Positions 47,485 to 56,481 of a DNA stretch of 64,000 nt are shown here, piece by piece. This DNA is from Escherichia phage TH12. The translations under genes and the position numbers were made by a program. The notes under the pieces were generated by a model, which was not told the DNA's origin, searched no databases, and saw only the letters and a list, made by a program, of their open reading frames with translations. How positions within the stretch are numbered: position 1 is the first letter of the stretch; each line of letters opens with the position of its first letter. The stretch lies in the sequence record MT446390.1; one strand, given 5' to 3'.

Positions 47485-48645
47485 ATGAATACTTTTAAAA
47501 TCGGAACGAATTTTGATTTAGCTCTTCTTGATAAAATCGTAGAGCTCAATAAAACCTATCCTAATAGCTTGATAAACGAAGTATATGGCTCTACAAGAGA
47601 AATGGCTTTTGTAGCAGCCAGACCTGATTTTAGGCTTCCTGACGTTGACAAAAAGATGTTAGAAGACTACGTTAAACGTTGTAACGAATTAGGTATTTGC
47701 TTTAACTATACACTCAACACGATAAATCCTGGTTCAAAAAGAGAACTAGTTGAGTGGAAGAAGAAAGCTATTCAGGATTATGTTCAGTATCTTTGGTCAA
47801 TAGGCGTATGGCGTATTACTATCGCTAACCCTGTTGTTATGGAAATTGTTCGTGAAGTCAATAAAGATATTGAGATTGAAGTTTCAACAATTCTACATGT
47901 CGATGCGGTAACTCAAATCAAATACTTACATGACCAATATAACATCAAAAAGGTCTGTTGCGGAATTCATAAGAACCGTTCAGTTTCTTTCCTGAAGCGT
48001 GCAGCAGAGTTTTGCAATAAGAACAATATAATATTTGAAGTTCTTGTAAATGAGTTCTGTTCTAATGCTGGTAAAGGGTATACAACACATTGTAGTTATC
48101 GTGACTCTTGCTATATTTTCCATAGTACTGATGTTACAGCTGATGATGCTAAATCCTTAAATGGATATCCAATGCAACACTGCATTAAAGCTCGTGATAC
48201 AGACCCATTTAACTGGTTGAGAACTCGTTTTGTTCGTCCTCAAGATTTGAAACTTTATAATGATATTGGTATCACTCAATTCAAAGTTTCAGGACGTACA
48301 GGTAGCACAGACTACATTTTGAAAGTTCTTGAAGCATACGCTTCTGAAAAGTTTGAAGGTAATTTGTTAGAACTGTGGAAGCCTTTAGAGACTATTTTCA
48401 CTCTTGAAAATGAGACTGAGTTTTCACATACAGTAAATATTGAAACCTCTTTGTTAGATGGCTTTTTAGAAAAAAGGTGGTTCAGACATCCAGATTTTGA
48501 TTGTGCTAATGAAATCTGTGGGTCAACGTGTACATATTGTGAAAGGTATTATAAACGTCAATTATCTAAAAACGGGTTAGCAGAAAACTCCATATCTATT
48601 ATTGATATAACTAACTCTGATGACGCTTTGAGGTACCCGGAATGA
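47485..48645 (+). CDS. Cys-rich putative Fe-S enzyme (386 aa); weak peptidase-U32-like features
   Basis: YTLNT motif, C-terminal CxxxCxxC; family call is tentative. Confidence 0.35.
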   Translation: MNTFKIGTNFDLALLDKIVELNKTYPNSLINEVYGSTREMAFVAARPDFRLPDVDKKMLEDYVKRCNELGICFNYTLNTINPGSKRELVEWKKKAIQDYVQYLWSIGVWRITIANPVVMEIVREVNKDIEIEVSTILHVDAVTQIKYLHDQYNIKKVCCGIHKNRSVSFLKRAAEFCNKNNIIFEVLVNEFCSNAGKGYTTHCSYRDSCYIFHSTDVTADDAKSLNGYPMQHCIKARDTDPFNWLRTRFVRPQDLKLYNDIGITQFKVSGRTGSTDYILKVLEAYASEKFEGNLLELWKPLETIFTLENETEFSHTVNIETSLLDGFLEKRWFRHPDFDCANEICGSTCTYCERYYKRQLSKNGLAENSISIIDITNSDDALRYPE

Positions 48646-48881
48646 TTTCTAGAAAAAGTTTTAATTATAAACTTAACGAAGAGATTTTGACTATGAAACT
48701 GAACACTAACGAACAAATTCTTAAAAAGGCCCTTATGGGCCTGTTTGAAACCAAAGCGGCTAAAGTGATTAAAGAACCTGTTCAATTGGAATACTACACT
48801 GATGCATTCCTTCATAGTGTTCTTGGAAGTATAGATTCTGAAGCTTTACGTTATATCAACATTGTCAAGAAATTCAAATAA
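48642..48881 (+). CDS. hypothetical protein (79 aa)
   Basis: ATGA overlap. Confidence 0.45.
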   Translation: MISRKSFNYKLNEEILTMKLNTNEQILKKALMGLFETKAAKVIKEPVQLEYYTDAFLHSVLGSIDSEALRYINIVKKFK

Positions 48882-48923
48882 GCTTTATGAATTGAGTATA
48901 TAATAAATTGTATTGAGGTAAAT

Positions 48924-49640
48924 ATGGGAAAACATAACACAATGAAATATATCAAAGCCGCAGATTTTCAAACCGCATTTAAAGCAGTCAATCGTGAAAT
49001 TTTAGAAAACCCCGAATTCGTAACTGATTCTCGTATTGGACGTTGTAATGAAATTGGGTCTATGACAGTAGTTGTTGACACTCCATCATCATTCAAAATG
49101 ACCGACCCACGTATTAACCGCATCTCTTATGAATATGCCGAAGACTTCTGGAAGTTTATGATTTCTGGTGGTACCAACGCAGAAGAAGCGTTTAAGGCAT
49201 ATCCTAATGTCGCTAAATTTATTTCTAAACCAAAATCAGATGTTTTGCCGGCGAACTTCAACACTTTCTATGGTCCTCGCATTGCGGCCCAATTACCAAC
49301 TCTTCTAAAAGAACTTAAAGAAAAACCTAACTCTCGAAGAGTTGTGTTCCAAATTCTAGAAAGTTCTGATCAGGCTTTGCTTGATTCGGACGAAACACTT
49401 GAATATCCATGTACTGACTCAGTAACTTATTATATTCGTGATGGTAAGCTTTATACCCACTGTCATATGCGTTCTCAGAACTGTGCTGTTGTTATGCAGT
49501 TGGATTTTTATCTCCAAGGAAAATTACTTCATTATATCGCTAACGAATGTGGTGTAGAAGTTGGTGATTATACTCATACCATGGTAAGTGCCCATGTGTT
49601 TGAACGTGATTTTGATTATGTTAAAGGATTCCTTGACTAA
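48924..49640 (+). CDS. 42: thymidylate-synthase-fold pyrimidine hydroxymethylase (dCMP hydroxymethylase, gp42 position), divergent
   Basis: NSRR, YPCTD, MRSQN..D motifs; position between 43 and uvsX. Confidence 0.6.
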   Translation: MGKHNTMKYIKAADFQTAFKAVNREILENPEFVTDSRIGRCNEIGSMTVVVDTPSSFKMTDPRINRISYEYAEDFWKFMISGGTNAEEAFKAYPNVAKFISKPKSDVLPANFNTFYGPRIAAQLPTLLKELKEKPNSRRVVFQILESSDQALLDSDETLEYPCTDSVTYYIRDGKLYTHCHMRSQNCAVVMQLDFYLQGKLLHYIANECGVEVGDYTHTMVSAHVFERDFDYVKGFLD

Positions 49641-50539
49641 TGGCTATTTTCCGCGTACCAATCTTGAGTATGCGGTCTTATGAAACTGGACAGTATGCTA
49701 TCCTTAAGGATGGCAACTTCCAACTTCATTTGCACCGTGCTAATCCGGGTGATGTGATTACATATCCACGTAATGCATCTGATATTAAAGAATGCGAACG
49801 TCTTTTCCCAGAATTTAAGTTTGTTCCATTATGGTATAAAGATAACGCGTATAACACTCGTAAATATTTCTGGACTGAAAATGAATTTGTGGTTGATTCA
49901 TTAATTGATTATTATGATTGTGATTTTCTAATCACAGATATCACTGGTTATGGCGGCGCTTTTGATGTGGAATTCAATTTCAATATCACTGCAGACCCTA
50001 ATAAACCACGTTTTTATATTGATGAATTCTTAAAAACCGACATGTTGTCTGTTAATCGTTCACTTCAAACTACTGTGTTGAATGAACGTCAAAAAGGAGT
50101 GCTGGTTAACGCAGGTGCAGATGGTAATAAGATTATCGTAACGCAGAAAGTTATACGTCCTTCCATCATGCAGCGTCTTGTAGGTGATTTGGCTCCTATT
50201 CATCTAGATGGTATTTTTCATCCATTTCGAATTAGTGACCCATGTTATCGTTTTGAACAAGTGGTTGAATGTGCAATTCAATTAGGTCAACCGCTTTATA
50301 TAACCGATCCAAATAATAGCTTCGACAGAAATAAGTATCCTGAAGAAGCGCTGATTCGAATTTTTAAACCAACTAAAACTGAGTACTATCAAATTCTTAA
50401 AGGACGTCCGAAAATTCAATATTTCGAAAATCCTGAAGAAGTATTCCATCCAGGTCTTGGTGAGTTCATCTACTTTAATGCTTTAATTTCTTCGCCGTAT
50501 AATATACCTAAATACGAAGATGTCGTAATCGAGGAATAA
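49640..50539 (+). CDS. hypothetical protein (299 aa) at the T4 beta-gt position; candidate DNA glycosyltransferase
   Basis: Position only; no resemblance to T4 beta-gt. Confidence 0.35.
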   Translation: MAIFRVPILSMRSYETGQYAILKDGNFQLHLHRANPGDVITYPRNASDIKECERLFPEFKFVPLWYKDNAYNTRKYFWTENEFVVDSLIDYYDCDFLITDITGYGGAFDVEFNFNITADPNKPRFYIDEFLKTDMLSVNRSLQTTVLNERQKGVLVNAGADGNKIIVTQKVIRPSIMQRLVGDLAPIHLDGIFHPFRISDPCYRFEQVVECAIQLGQPLYITDPNNSFDRNKYPEEALIRIFKPTKTEYYQILKGRPKIQYFENPEEVFHPGLGEFIYFNALISSPYNIPKYEDVVIEE

Positions 50540-50540
50540 A

Positions 50541-51089
50541 ATGGCTAAAATTATTTTAGTAGACGGCCCAGATAATGCTGGTAAAACAACTTTCATTAAT
50601 GACATAATGGAAATTAGTGAAAGATATGTAAAGATTGATTTCCCTAAACGAACAGTTGATGGACGTTTCGATGTTAAGTCTCGAAATGAAGTTGGTTGTT
50701 TCGAAACGATGTTGAATTATTTAGACCCTACTAAGATTTATCTGTTAGACCGTGGATATATTAGTAACTGGGTTTATGGACGTATTCGACAAGATGCGGA
50801 CTCGGTTCTTGACGTTTATGAACAGGACTATGTTCGTCTTTGCCAAAACCATGATGTGTTCACAATTATTTTAACACGTAACGAAATGACTGAAAGTTTT
50901 GAAGACGACCTTATTACTTTGTCTTCATTCGGTTTTAATACAGTCGTTTCACATTTTGAAGAGTTTGCAATTCATAACAAAATCCAAACATATCAATTAC
51001 TTAATCATGATGGTGCTAACAAAGTTATAGGATTTAATGCAAGCGAACGTAATTGTTTGATTACAGAAATCATCAAATGGGCTCGTTAA
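50541..51089 (+). CDS. P-loop kinase-like protein (182 aa)
   Basis: Walker A DGPDNAGKTT at N-terminus. Confidence 0.5.
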   Translation: MAKIILVDGPDNAGKTTFINDIMEISERYVKIDFPKRTVDGRFDVKSRNEVGCFETMLNYLDPTKIYLLDRGYISNWVYGRIRQDADSVLDVYEQDYVRLCQNHDVFTIILTRNEMTESFEDDLITLSSFGFNTVVSHFEEFAIHNKIQTYQLLNHDGANKVIGFNASERNCLITEIIKWAR

Positions 51090-51187
51090 GAGCCATTTAA
51101 AGTTTTAAATGCTGTATAACCCTTAGTATATAATCGTCTTATCTTTTAAACATGAGTAAAATATAATGATGCCTATGGAAAAATACA

Positions 51188-52360
51188 ATGTCTGATTTAA
51201 AATCTCGTCTGATTAAAGCTTCTACTTCTAAAATGACTGCGGACTTGACTAAGTCTAAGCTGTTTAATAATCGTGATGAAGTCCCTACTCGTATTCCGAT
51301 GTTGAATATCGCACTAGGTGGTGCTCTGAATGCAGGATTGCAATCAGGCTTGACTATTTTTGCTGCACCTTCTAAACACTTTAAAACGCTGTTTGGACTA
51401 ACTATGGTTGCAGCGTATATGAAGAAATATAAAGATGCAATCTGTTTGTTTTATGACTCAGAATTTGGTGCTTCAGAATCTTATTTTCGTTCAATGGGTG
51501 TTGATTTAGACCGTGTAGTTCATACTCCGATTCAATCTGTCGAACAACTTAAAGTTGATATGACTAATCAGCTTGACGCGATTGAACGCGGTGATAAAGT
51601 TATTATCTTTATCGATTCAATCGGTAATACTGCATCTAAGAAAGAAACCGAAGATGCATTGAATGAGAAAGTCGTAGGTGATATGTCTCGTGCTAAGGCA
51701 CTTAAATCTCTGTTCCGTATTGTGACTCCTTATCTGACTATTAAAGATATTCCATGTGTTGCAATCAACCATACAGCAATGGAAATCGGCGGATTGTATC
51801 CTAAAGAGATTATGGGCGGTGGTACAGGTATTCTTTATTCTGCCAACACGGTATTTTTTATCTCTAAACGTCAGGTTAAAGAAGGTACAGAATTGACCGG
51901 TTATGACTTCACGTTGAAAGCGGAAAAATCTCGTACAGTTAAAGAGAAATCTACTTTCCCGATCACGGTTAATTTTGATGGCGGTATTGACCCATTCAGT
52001 GGCTTGTTAGAAATGGCAACTGAAATTGGTTTTGTAGTTAAGCCTAAAGCCGGGTGGTATGCTCGTGAATTCCTTGACGAAGAAACAGGCGAAATGATTC
52101 GTGAAGAGAAATCATGGCGTGCTAAAGCTACTGATTGTGTAGAATTCTGGGGACCTTTGTTTAAACATAAGCCTTTCCGAGATGCAATTGAAACTAAATA
52201 TAAACTAGGTGCTATCTCTTCTATTAAAGAAGTTGATGACGCTGTTAACGACCTTATTAATTGCAAAGCAACAACTAAAGTTCCGGTTAAAGCTTCTGAT
52301 GCTCCGTCTGCAGCAGATATAGAAAACGACCTTGACGAAATGGAAGATTTCGATGAATAA
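51188..52360 (+). CDS. uvsX: RecA-like recombinase UvsX
   Basis: MSDLKSRLIKASTSK ... matches T4 UvsX (390 aa). Confidence 0.95.
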   Translation: MSDLKSRLIKASTSKMTADLTKSKLFNNRDEVPTRIPMLNIALGGALNAGLQSGLTIFAAPSKHFKTLFGLTMVAAYMKKYKDAICLFYDSEFGASESYFRSMGVDLDRVVHTPIQSVEQLKVDMTNQLDAIERGDKVIIFIDSIGNTASKKETEDALNEKVVGDMSRAKALKSLFRIVTPYLTIKDIPCVAINHTAMEIGGLYPKEIMGGGTGILYSANTVFFISKRQVKEGTELTGYDFTLKAEKSRTVKEKSTFPITVNFDGGIDPFSGLLEMATEIGFVVKPKAGWYAREFLDEETGEMIREEKSWRAKATDCVEFWGPLFKHKPFRDAIETKYKLGAISSIKEVDDAVNDLINCKATTKVPVKASDAPSAADIENDLDEMEDFDE

Positions 52361-52694
52361 TCTCGATGATTTAAATCTAGAAATCGTTGATGAATCCCCT
52401 TCTTCGGAAGGGGAAGACATTCGCAAAGAACGAGTGTTTAATGAATCTCTTAAAATTATCCGTTCAGCAATGGAAAATGTCATTCAAGAGATTCTGATTA
52501 CACTTGAAGACGGTTCTCATCATATAGTCTATATTACAAAACTAGACTGGGTTGATGGTAAAATCGTAATGGACTTTGCAGTTCTTGACCAGGACAGAAA
52601 AGCAGAACTTGCACCACATGTTGAAAAATGTGTTACAATGCAGGTACAACAAGCTTTTAATGAACGAACCAAGAAAAAATTTAAATTCTTTTAA
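52353..52694 (+). CDS. 40: gp40-like protein (by position)
   Basis: Position between uvsX and 41; overlaps uvsX stop. Confidence 0.45.
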   Translation: MNNLDDLNLEIVDESPSSEGEDIRKERVFNESLKIIRSAMENVIQEILITLEDGSHHIVYITKLDWVDGKIVMDFAVLDQDRKAELAPHVEKCVTMQVQQAFNERTKKKFKFF

Positions 52695-52703
52695 GGAGTT
52701 ATC

Positions 52704-54146
52704 GTGGTAGAAATTATTTTGTCTCATCTCGTATATGACCAGGCTTATTTTTCTAAGGTCTGGCCTTATATGGATTCTGATTACTTTGAGCGTGGACCGG
52801 CAAAAAATGTCTTTAAAATTATAAAGAACCACGTTAACGAATATAACGCAATGCCATCCATTAATGCATTAAAGGTGGCTTTAGATAACAGTTCTTTAAC
52901 TGAAGCCGAATATAAAGGAACTTCAGACTTAATTGAAAAATTGGCTGATACTCCTGAAGACCACGAATGGTTGGTTAAAGAAACTGAGAAATATGTCCAG
53001 CAAAAAGCGATGTATAATGCTACATCCAAAATCATTGAGATTCAGTCTAATGCTGAACTACCTCCAGAACAACGTAACAAGAAAATGCCTGATGTAGGAG
53101 CTATTCCTGATATTATGCGTCAAGCACTTTCAATTTCGTTCGATAGTTATGTTGGACATGACTGGATGGAAGACTACGAAGCACGCTGGCTTTCTTATCT
53201 AAATAAAGCACGTAAGGTCCCGTTCAAATTAAACATTTTGAATAAAATAACCAAAGGTGGTGCAGAAACAGGTACACTAAACGTTTTAATGGCCGGTGTT
53301 AACGTCGGTAAATCTTTAGGCCTTTGTTCACTTGCTGCAGATTATCTTCAAACAGGTCATAATGTTCTTTATATTTCCATGGAAATGGCTGAAGAAGTTT
53401 GTGCTAAGCGTATAGATGCAAACATGCTTGACGTATCACTCGATGATATCGATGATGGTAACGTATCTTATGCTGAATATAAAGCCAAGATGGAAAAATG
53501 GCGTTCAAAAACAACATTAGGACGTTTAGTAGTTAAACAGTATCCTACTGGTGGAGCTAATGCTAATACATTCCGTGCGTTGCTTAATGAGTTAAAACTT
53601 AAGAAGAACTTTGTGCCATCTGTAATCATGGTTGATTACTTAGGTATTTGTGGGTCTTGTCGTATCAGAGTTTACACTGAAAATAGCTACACATTAGTTA
53701 AAGCTATCGCAGAAGAACTTCGTGCATTAGCAGTAGAATCTGAAACAGTTCTATGGACTGCAGCTCAAGTAGGACGTGCAGCATGGGATGCTTCAGACAT
53801 GAACATGAGTGATATCGCAGAATCAGCAGGTTTACCAGCAACGGCAGATTTCATGTTGGCCGTAATTGAAACCGAAGAACTTGCACAAGCTGAACAACAA
53901 CTTATCAAACAAATCAAATCACGATACGGTGATAAGAATAAGTGGAACAAGTTCTTGATGGGTGTACGTAAAGGCAATCAGAAATGGGTTGAGATTGAGC
54001 AAGAAGGCATGAACACACCTAACACAGTAAATGAAAACGCAGGTGCTCAGATGCGTCAGGCAGAGGTGAATCGTACGGAACGCGTAGGTAAAGCCAAAGC
54101 AACACGTGCTGACCTAGATAGCTTAGCCAATGAGTTAAAATTTTAA
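52704..54146 (+). CDS. 41: replicative DNA helicase gp41; GTG start
   Basis: MVEIILSHLVYDQAYFSKVW ... Walker A GVNVGKS; AAGGAG 8 nt upstream of GTG. Confidence 0.95.
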   Translation: MVEIILSHLVYDQAYFSKVWPYMDSDYFERGPAKNVFKIIKNHVNEYNAMPSINALKVALDNSSLTEAEYKGTSDLIEKLADTPEDHEWLVKETEKYVQQKAMYNATSKIIEIQSNAELPPEQRNKKMPDVGAIPDIMRQALSISFDSYVGHDWMEDYEARWLSYLNKARKVPFKLNILNKITKGGAETGTLNVLMAGVNVGKSLGLCSLAADYLQTGHNVLYISMEMAEEVCAKRIDANMLDVSLDDIDDGNVSYAEYKAKMEKWRSKTTLGRLVVKQYPTGGANANTFRALLNELKLKKNFVPSVIMVDYLGICGSCRIRVYTENSYTLVKAIAEELRALAVESETVLWTAAQVGRAAWDASDMNMSDIAESAGLPATADFMLAVIETEELAQAEQQLIKQIKSRYGDKNKWNKFLMGVRKGNQKWVEIEQEGMNTPNTVNENAGAQMRQAEVNRTERVGKAKATRADLDSLANELKF

Positions 54147-54152
54147 TAAAAA

Positions 54153-54171
54153 GGAGACTTCGGTCTCCTTT
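54153..54171 (+). terminator. UUCG-tetraloop hairpin
   Basis: GGAGAC-TTCG-GTCTCC + TTT. Confidence 0.5.
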
Positions 54172-54234
54172 CGGGGTTTACATCTTCCTCTAGGCATGAT
54201 ATGATGAACTTACACCAACCAAGAGGAAAACATT

Positions 54235-54609
54235 ATGAATATGTCTCAAGCAATTTTTACTGCAATCACAGAAAACACAACTGTTGAAGTAGTTTCTCCA
54301 CTGGCAACCTACGTTATTCTTGCCCCTAAAACTATTGTATCTCGTATGGAAAACATGGGCAAACGTATCGTACAAATTGTCGGAGCCGGAAATCAAAAAC
54401 TTGATTATCTGCGAACCATCAAAGCTTATGAACATTTCCAACTCGAAAAAGGTTCTCCTATCCGGGTAGAACTCGTAAATGGTGATATCGTTCGAGCAAT
54501 GTTCCATCATTTCTATGCATTGAATGACCCATCTAAAGCGGTTCGTTTAATTGCATACGACGCAAACCAAAACGAAATCAACGCAGATATATCTAAATTA
54601 CGTTTTTAA
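54235..54609 (+). CDS. hypothetical protein (124 aa)
   Basis: AGAGGAAAA RBS. Confidence 0.5.
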   Translation: MNMSQAIFTAITENTTVEVVSPLATYVILAPKTIVSRMENMGKRIVQIVGAGNQKLDYLRTIKAYEHFQLEKGSPIRVELVNGDIVRAMFHHFYALNDPSKAVRLIAYDANQNEINADISKLRF

Positions 54610-54638
54610 GTTTACTTCTCCGGTAGTTGTGTTATTAT
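54610..54638 (+). promoter_or_regulatory. early promoter with inverted repeat CTCCGGTAGTTG/CAACTACTGGAG
   Basis: GTTTAC, 17 nt, TATTAT. Confidence 0.55.
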
Positions 54639-54664
54639 AGACCTATCAACTACTGGAGAACAAA

Positions 54665-54982
54665 ATGAAAACCATCGATTGTAAAGCAGAATTTAAGATT
54701 TTTTATCACGGTTCAAGTAGTTCAGCTAACATCGAAAACATGCTTTGTCCTCCTGAAGAAACAGGAGTTCTGTCTGAAACTGGACGTAAGAAAAACTTGG
54801 ATCGTGTATTCTTTACTGAAGATATCGGTTTAGCAAAGATTTATGCAGGACGAGCAGCACGCTCTTATGGAGGTGAACCACGTCTCTATCGAGTAATTTC
54901 TCCGGTAGACGTAGTTCAAATGAATAATACTAAAGGTGCTACAGTTTATCACGCTGAATGGGCCTTCTGTGAGGAAATATGA
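54665..54982 (+). CDS. hypothetical protein (105 aa)
   Basis: ORF. Confidence 0.5.
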   Translation: MKTIDCKAEFKIFYHGSSSSANIENMLCPPEETGVLSETGRKKNLDRVFFTEDIGLAKIYAGRAARSYGGEPRLYRVISPVDVVQMNNTKGATVYHAEWAFCEEI

Positions 54983-55170
54983 GCAAATTAACTAAAGTTA
55001 CTTTTATCGGTTGGTTTAAAAGCGGCGAGATGTTCACTAAAGATATCATGTTATCAGGTGATCGCGAAGAAATCGAGTGGGTTGCGGTACAACTTGCTGA
55101 AGTGAACAAAGCATTAGTTAAAGCATTTGTTAATGACGAGAAAGTTTTTGAAGCTGATTTCAGAGGATAA
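54979..55170 (+). CDS. hypothetical protein (63 aa)
   Basis: ATGA overlap. Confidence 0.45.
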   Translation: MSKLTKVTFIGWFKSGEMFTKDIMLSGDREEIEWVAVQLAEVNKALVKAFVNDEKVFEADFRG

Positions 55171-55171
55171 T

Positions 55172-55384
55172 ATGTATTCAACTGTGTTTAAACCATCGAC
55201 ATACGAATTTGCATCAACTACACAATGGAAAGCTCTTATTCTGGAAGGATGGGAACTAATGATGGACTGCGAAGCATCTGAAAAGTTTCCACACGGCAAA
55301 GTGGACTTCGTTAAATTTGCTGTACGTCCGACTAAACGACAAATTCGTCAAGAAAAACGCAAATTTCGCAAAAGTTTAAAATAG
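55172..55384 (+). CDS. small basic-tailed protein (70 aa; VRPTKRQIRQEKRK)
   Basis: Paralog of 26617-26787. Confidence 0.45.
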   Translation: MYSTVFKPSTYEFASTTQWKALILEGWELMMDCEASEKFPHGKVDFVKFAVRPTKRQIRQEKRKFRKSLK

Positions 55385-55386
55385 CT

Positions 55387-55416
55387 GTTTACAAGCACTA
55401 CATAATGTGTTACTAT
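55387..55416 (+). promoter_or_regulatory. early promoter (GTTTAC, 18 nt, TACTAT)
   Basis: Motif. Confidence 0.5.
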
Positions 55417-55444
55417 CTTTCTATCAACTACAGAGGAAATTGAA

Positions 55445-55813
55445 ATGAAAAAATTAATCACTTTAGCAATGGTATTTGGATTAACCGGATGTGGTGCCCA
55501 TGGCTTTATCCCTAATAATGTTGGCCAATTGATTTATAACCCGAATGTTAAACAGTACAACCAACCTAAAGTTGAAGTGGAAGACCCGGTTACTGTAGGT
55601 AATCGAATGATTCAAGCTGATGCCCATGCTCAACGTTATCGTGATTCTGATACTGTAGCATTGTCAAAAGAACAACGCGTTAAAGAACATTGTCTACAGG
55701 CTACTGAAATCGCATTCATTCGCTATGTTGAAACAACTGGTAAAGAGCCTTCCCAGAAACAAATCGCGAATAACTACGTCCAGTGTATTGAACGTTTAAA
55801 CAAATTTAATTAA
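55445..55813 (+). CDS. predicted lipoprotein (122 aa; lipobox LTGC)
   Basis: Signal peptide ending in lipobox Cys. Confidence 0.55.
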   Translation: MKKLITLAMVFGLTGCGAHGFIPNNVGQLIYNPNVKQYNQPKVEVEDPVTVGNRMIQADAHAQRYRDSDTVALSKEQRVKEHCLQATEIAFIRYVETTGKEPSQKQIANNYVQCIERLNKFN

Positions 55814-55874
55814 TTGGTTTACGCCAAAGTTAAAACAAGATACTATAAACATAACAAATCAAGAGGAAATTAAC

Positions 55875-56123
55875 ATGGAATTATTCGTAGCTAGTTCAGT
55901 AGCAGTTTTAATCGCAGGTATTGGTTCAATCATCATTTACATGTTGCCTTGGGTAATCGCACTTATTCGTGGCACAAAAAGCACAACAGCAATCTTCTTT
56001 GTATCTTTACTCTTTAACTGGACGATGATTGGTTGGATTGGAACTTTAATTTGGTCTATCGTTGCCGAAAAGAAATCTGCTCAGCAGCCTCAACAAGTAA
56101 TTATTATTCGCGAAAAAGAATAA
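55875..56123 (+). CDS. two-helix inner-membrane protein (82 aa); Imm-like size and topology
   Basis: Two hydrophobic helices. Confidence 0.45.
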   Translation: MELFVASSVAVLIAGIGSIIIYMLPWVIALIRGTKSTTAIFFVSLLFNWTMIGWIGTLIWSIVAEKKSAQQPQQVIIIREKE

Positions 56124-56127
56124 ACTT

Positions 56128-56158
56128 GTTTACATTATAGATGGACTATGGTATAGTA
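56128..56158 (+). promoter_or_regulatory. early promoter with palindrome
   Basis: GTTTAC ... TATAGT. Confidence 0.45.
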
Positions 56159-56186
56159 GTCCTATCAAATCAACTAAGGAGTTAAA

Positions 56187-56480
56187 ATGAAAAAGTTATC
56201 ATTGGCAGCAATCTTACTCGCAGTATCATGTGCACCAGCTCCAGTTACAGCAGGTTATGATAAAGACCTCTGTGAGTGGTCAATGACTGCAAATCAAGAA
56301 GATGTTGAACAACAAATCTTCTCTGATATCGTGAACATCACTAAACGAGACCGTCCTAATATGGTTAATAAAGTTGTTGAACAACTTAAGTCTGGCGGTA
56401 TCATGCAGTACAACTATGTTTTGTATTGTGACCCTAATTTCGATAACAAAGATATCGTAACCGAAATCACAGGTGAGTAA
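56187..56480 (+). CDS. sp: periplasmic Spackle-like protein (97 aa)
   Basis: Signal peptide then GYDKDLCEWSMTA, matching my recollection of T4 Sp. Confidence 0.6.
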   Translation: MKKLSLAAILLAVSCAPAPVTAGYDKDLCEWSMTANQEDVEQQIFSDIVNITKRDRPNMVNKVVEQLKSGGIMQYNYVLYCDPNFDNKDIVTEITGE

Positions 56481-56481
56481 T

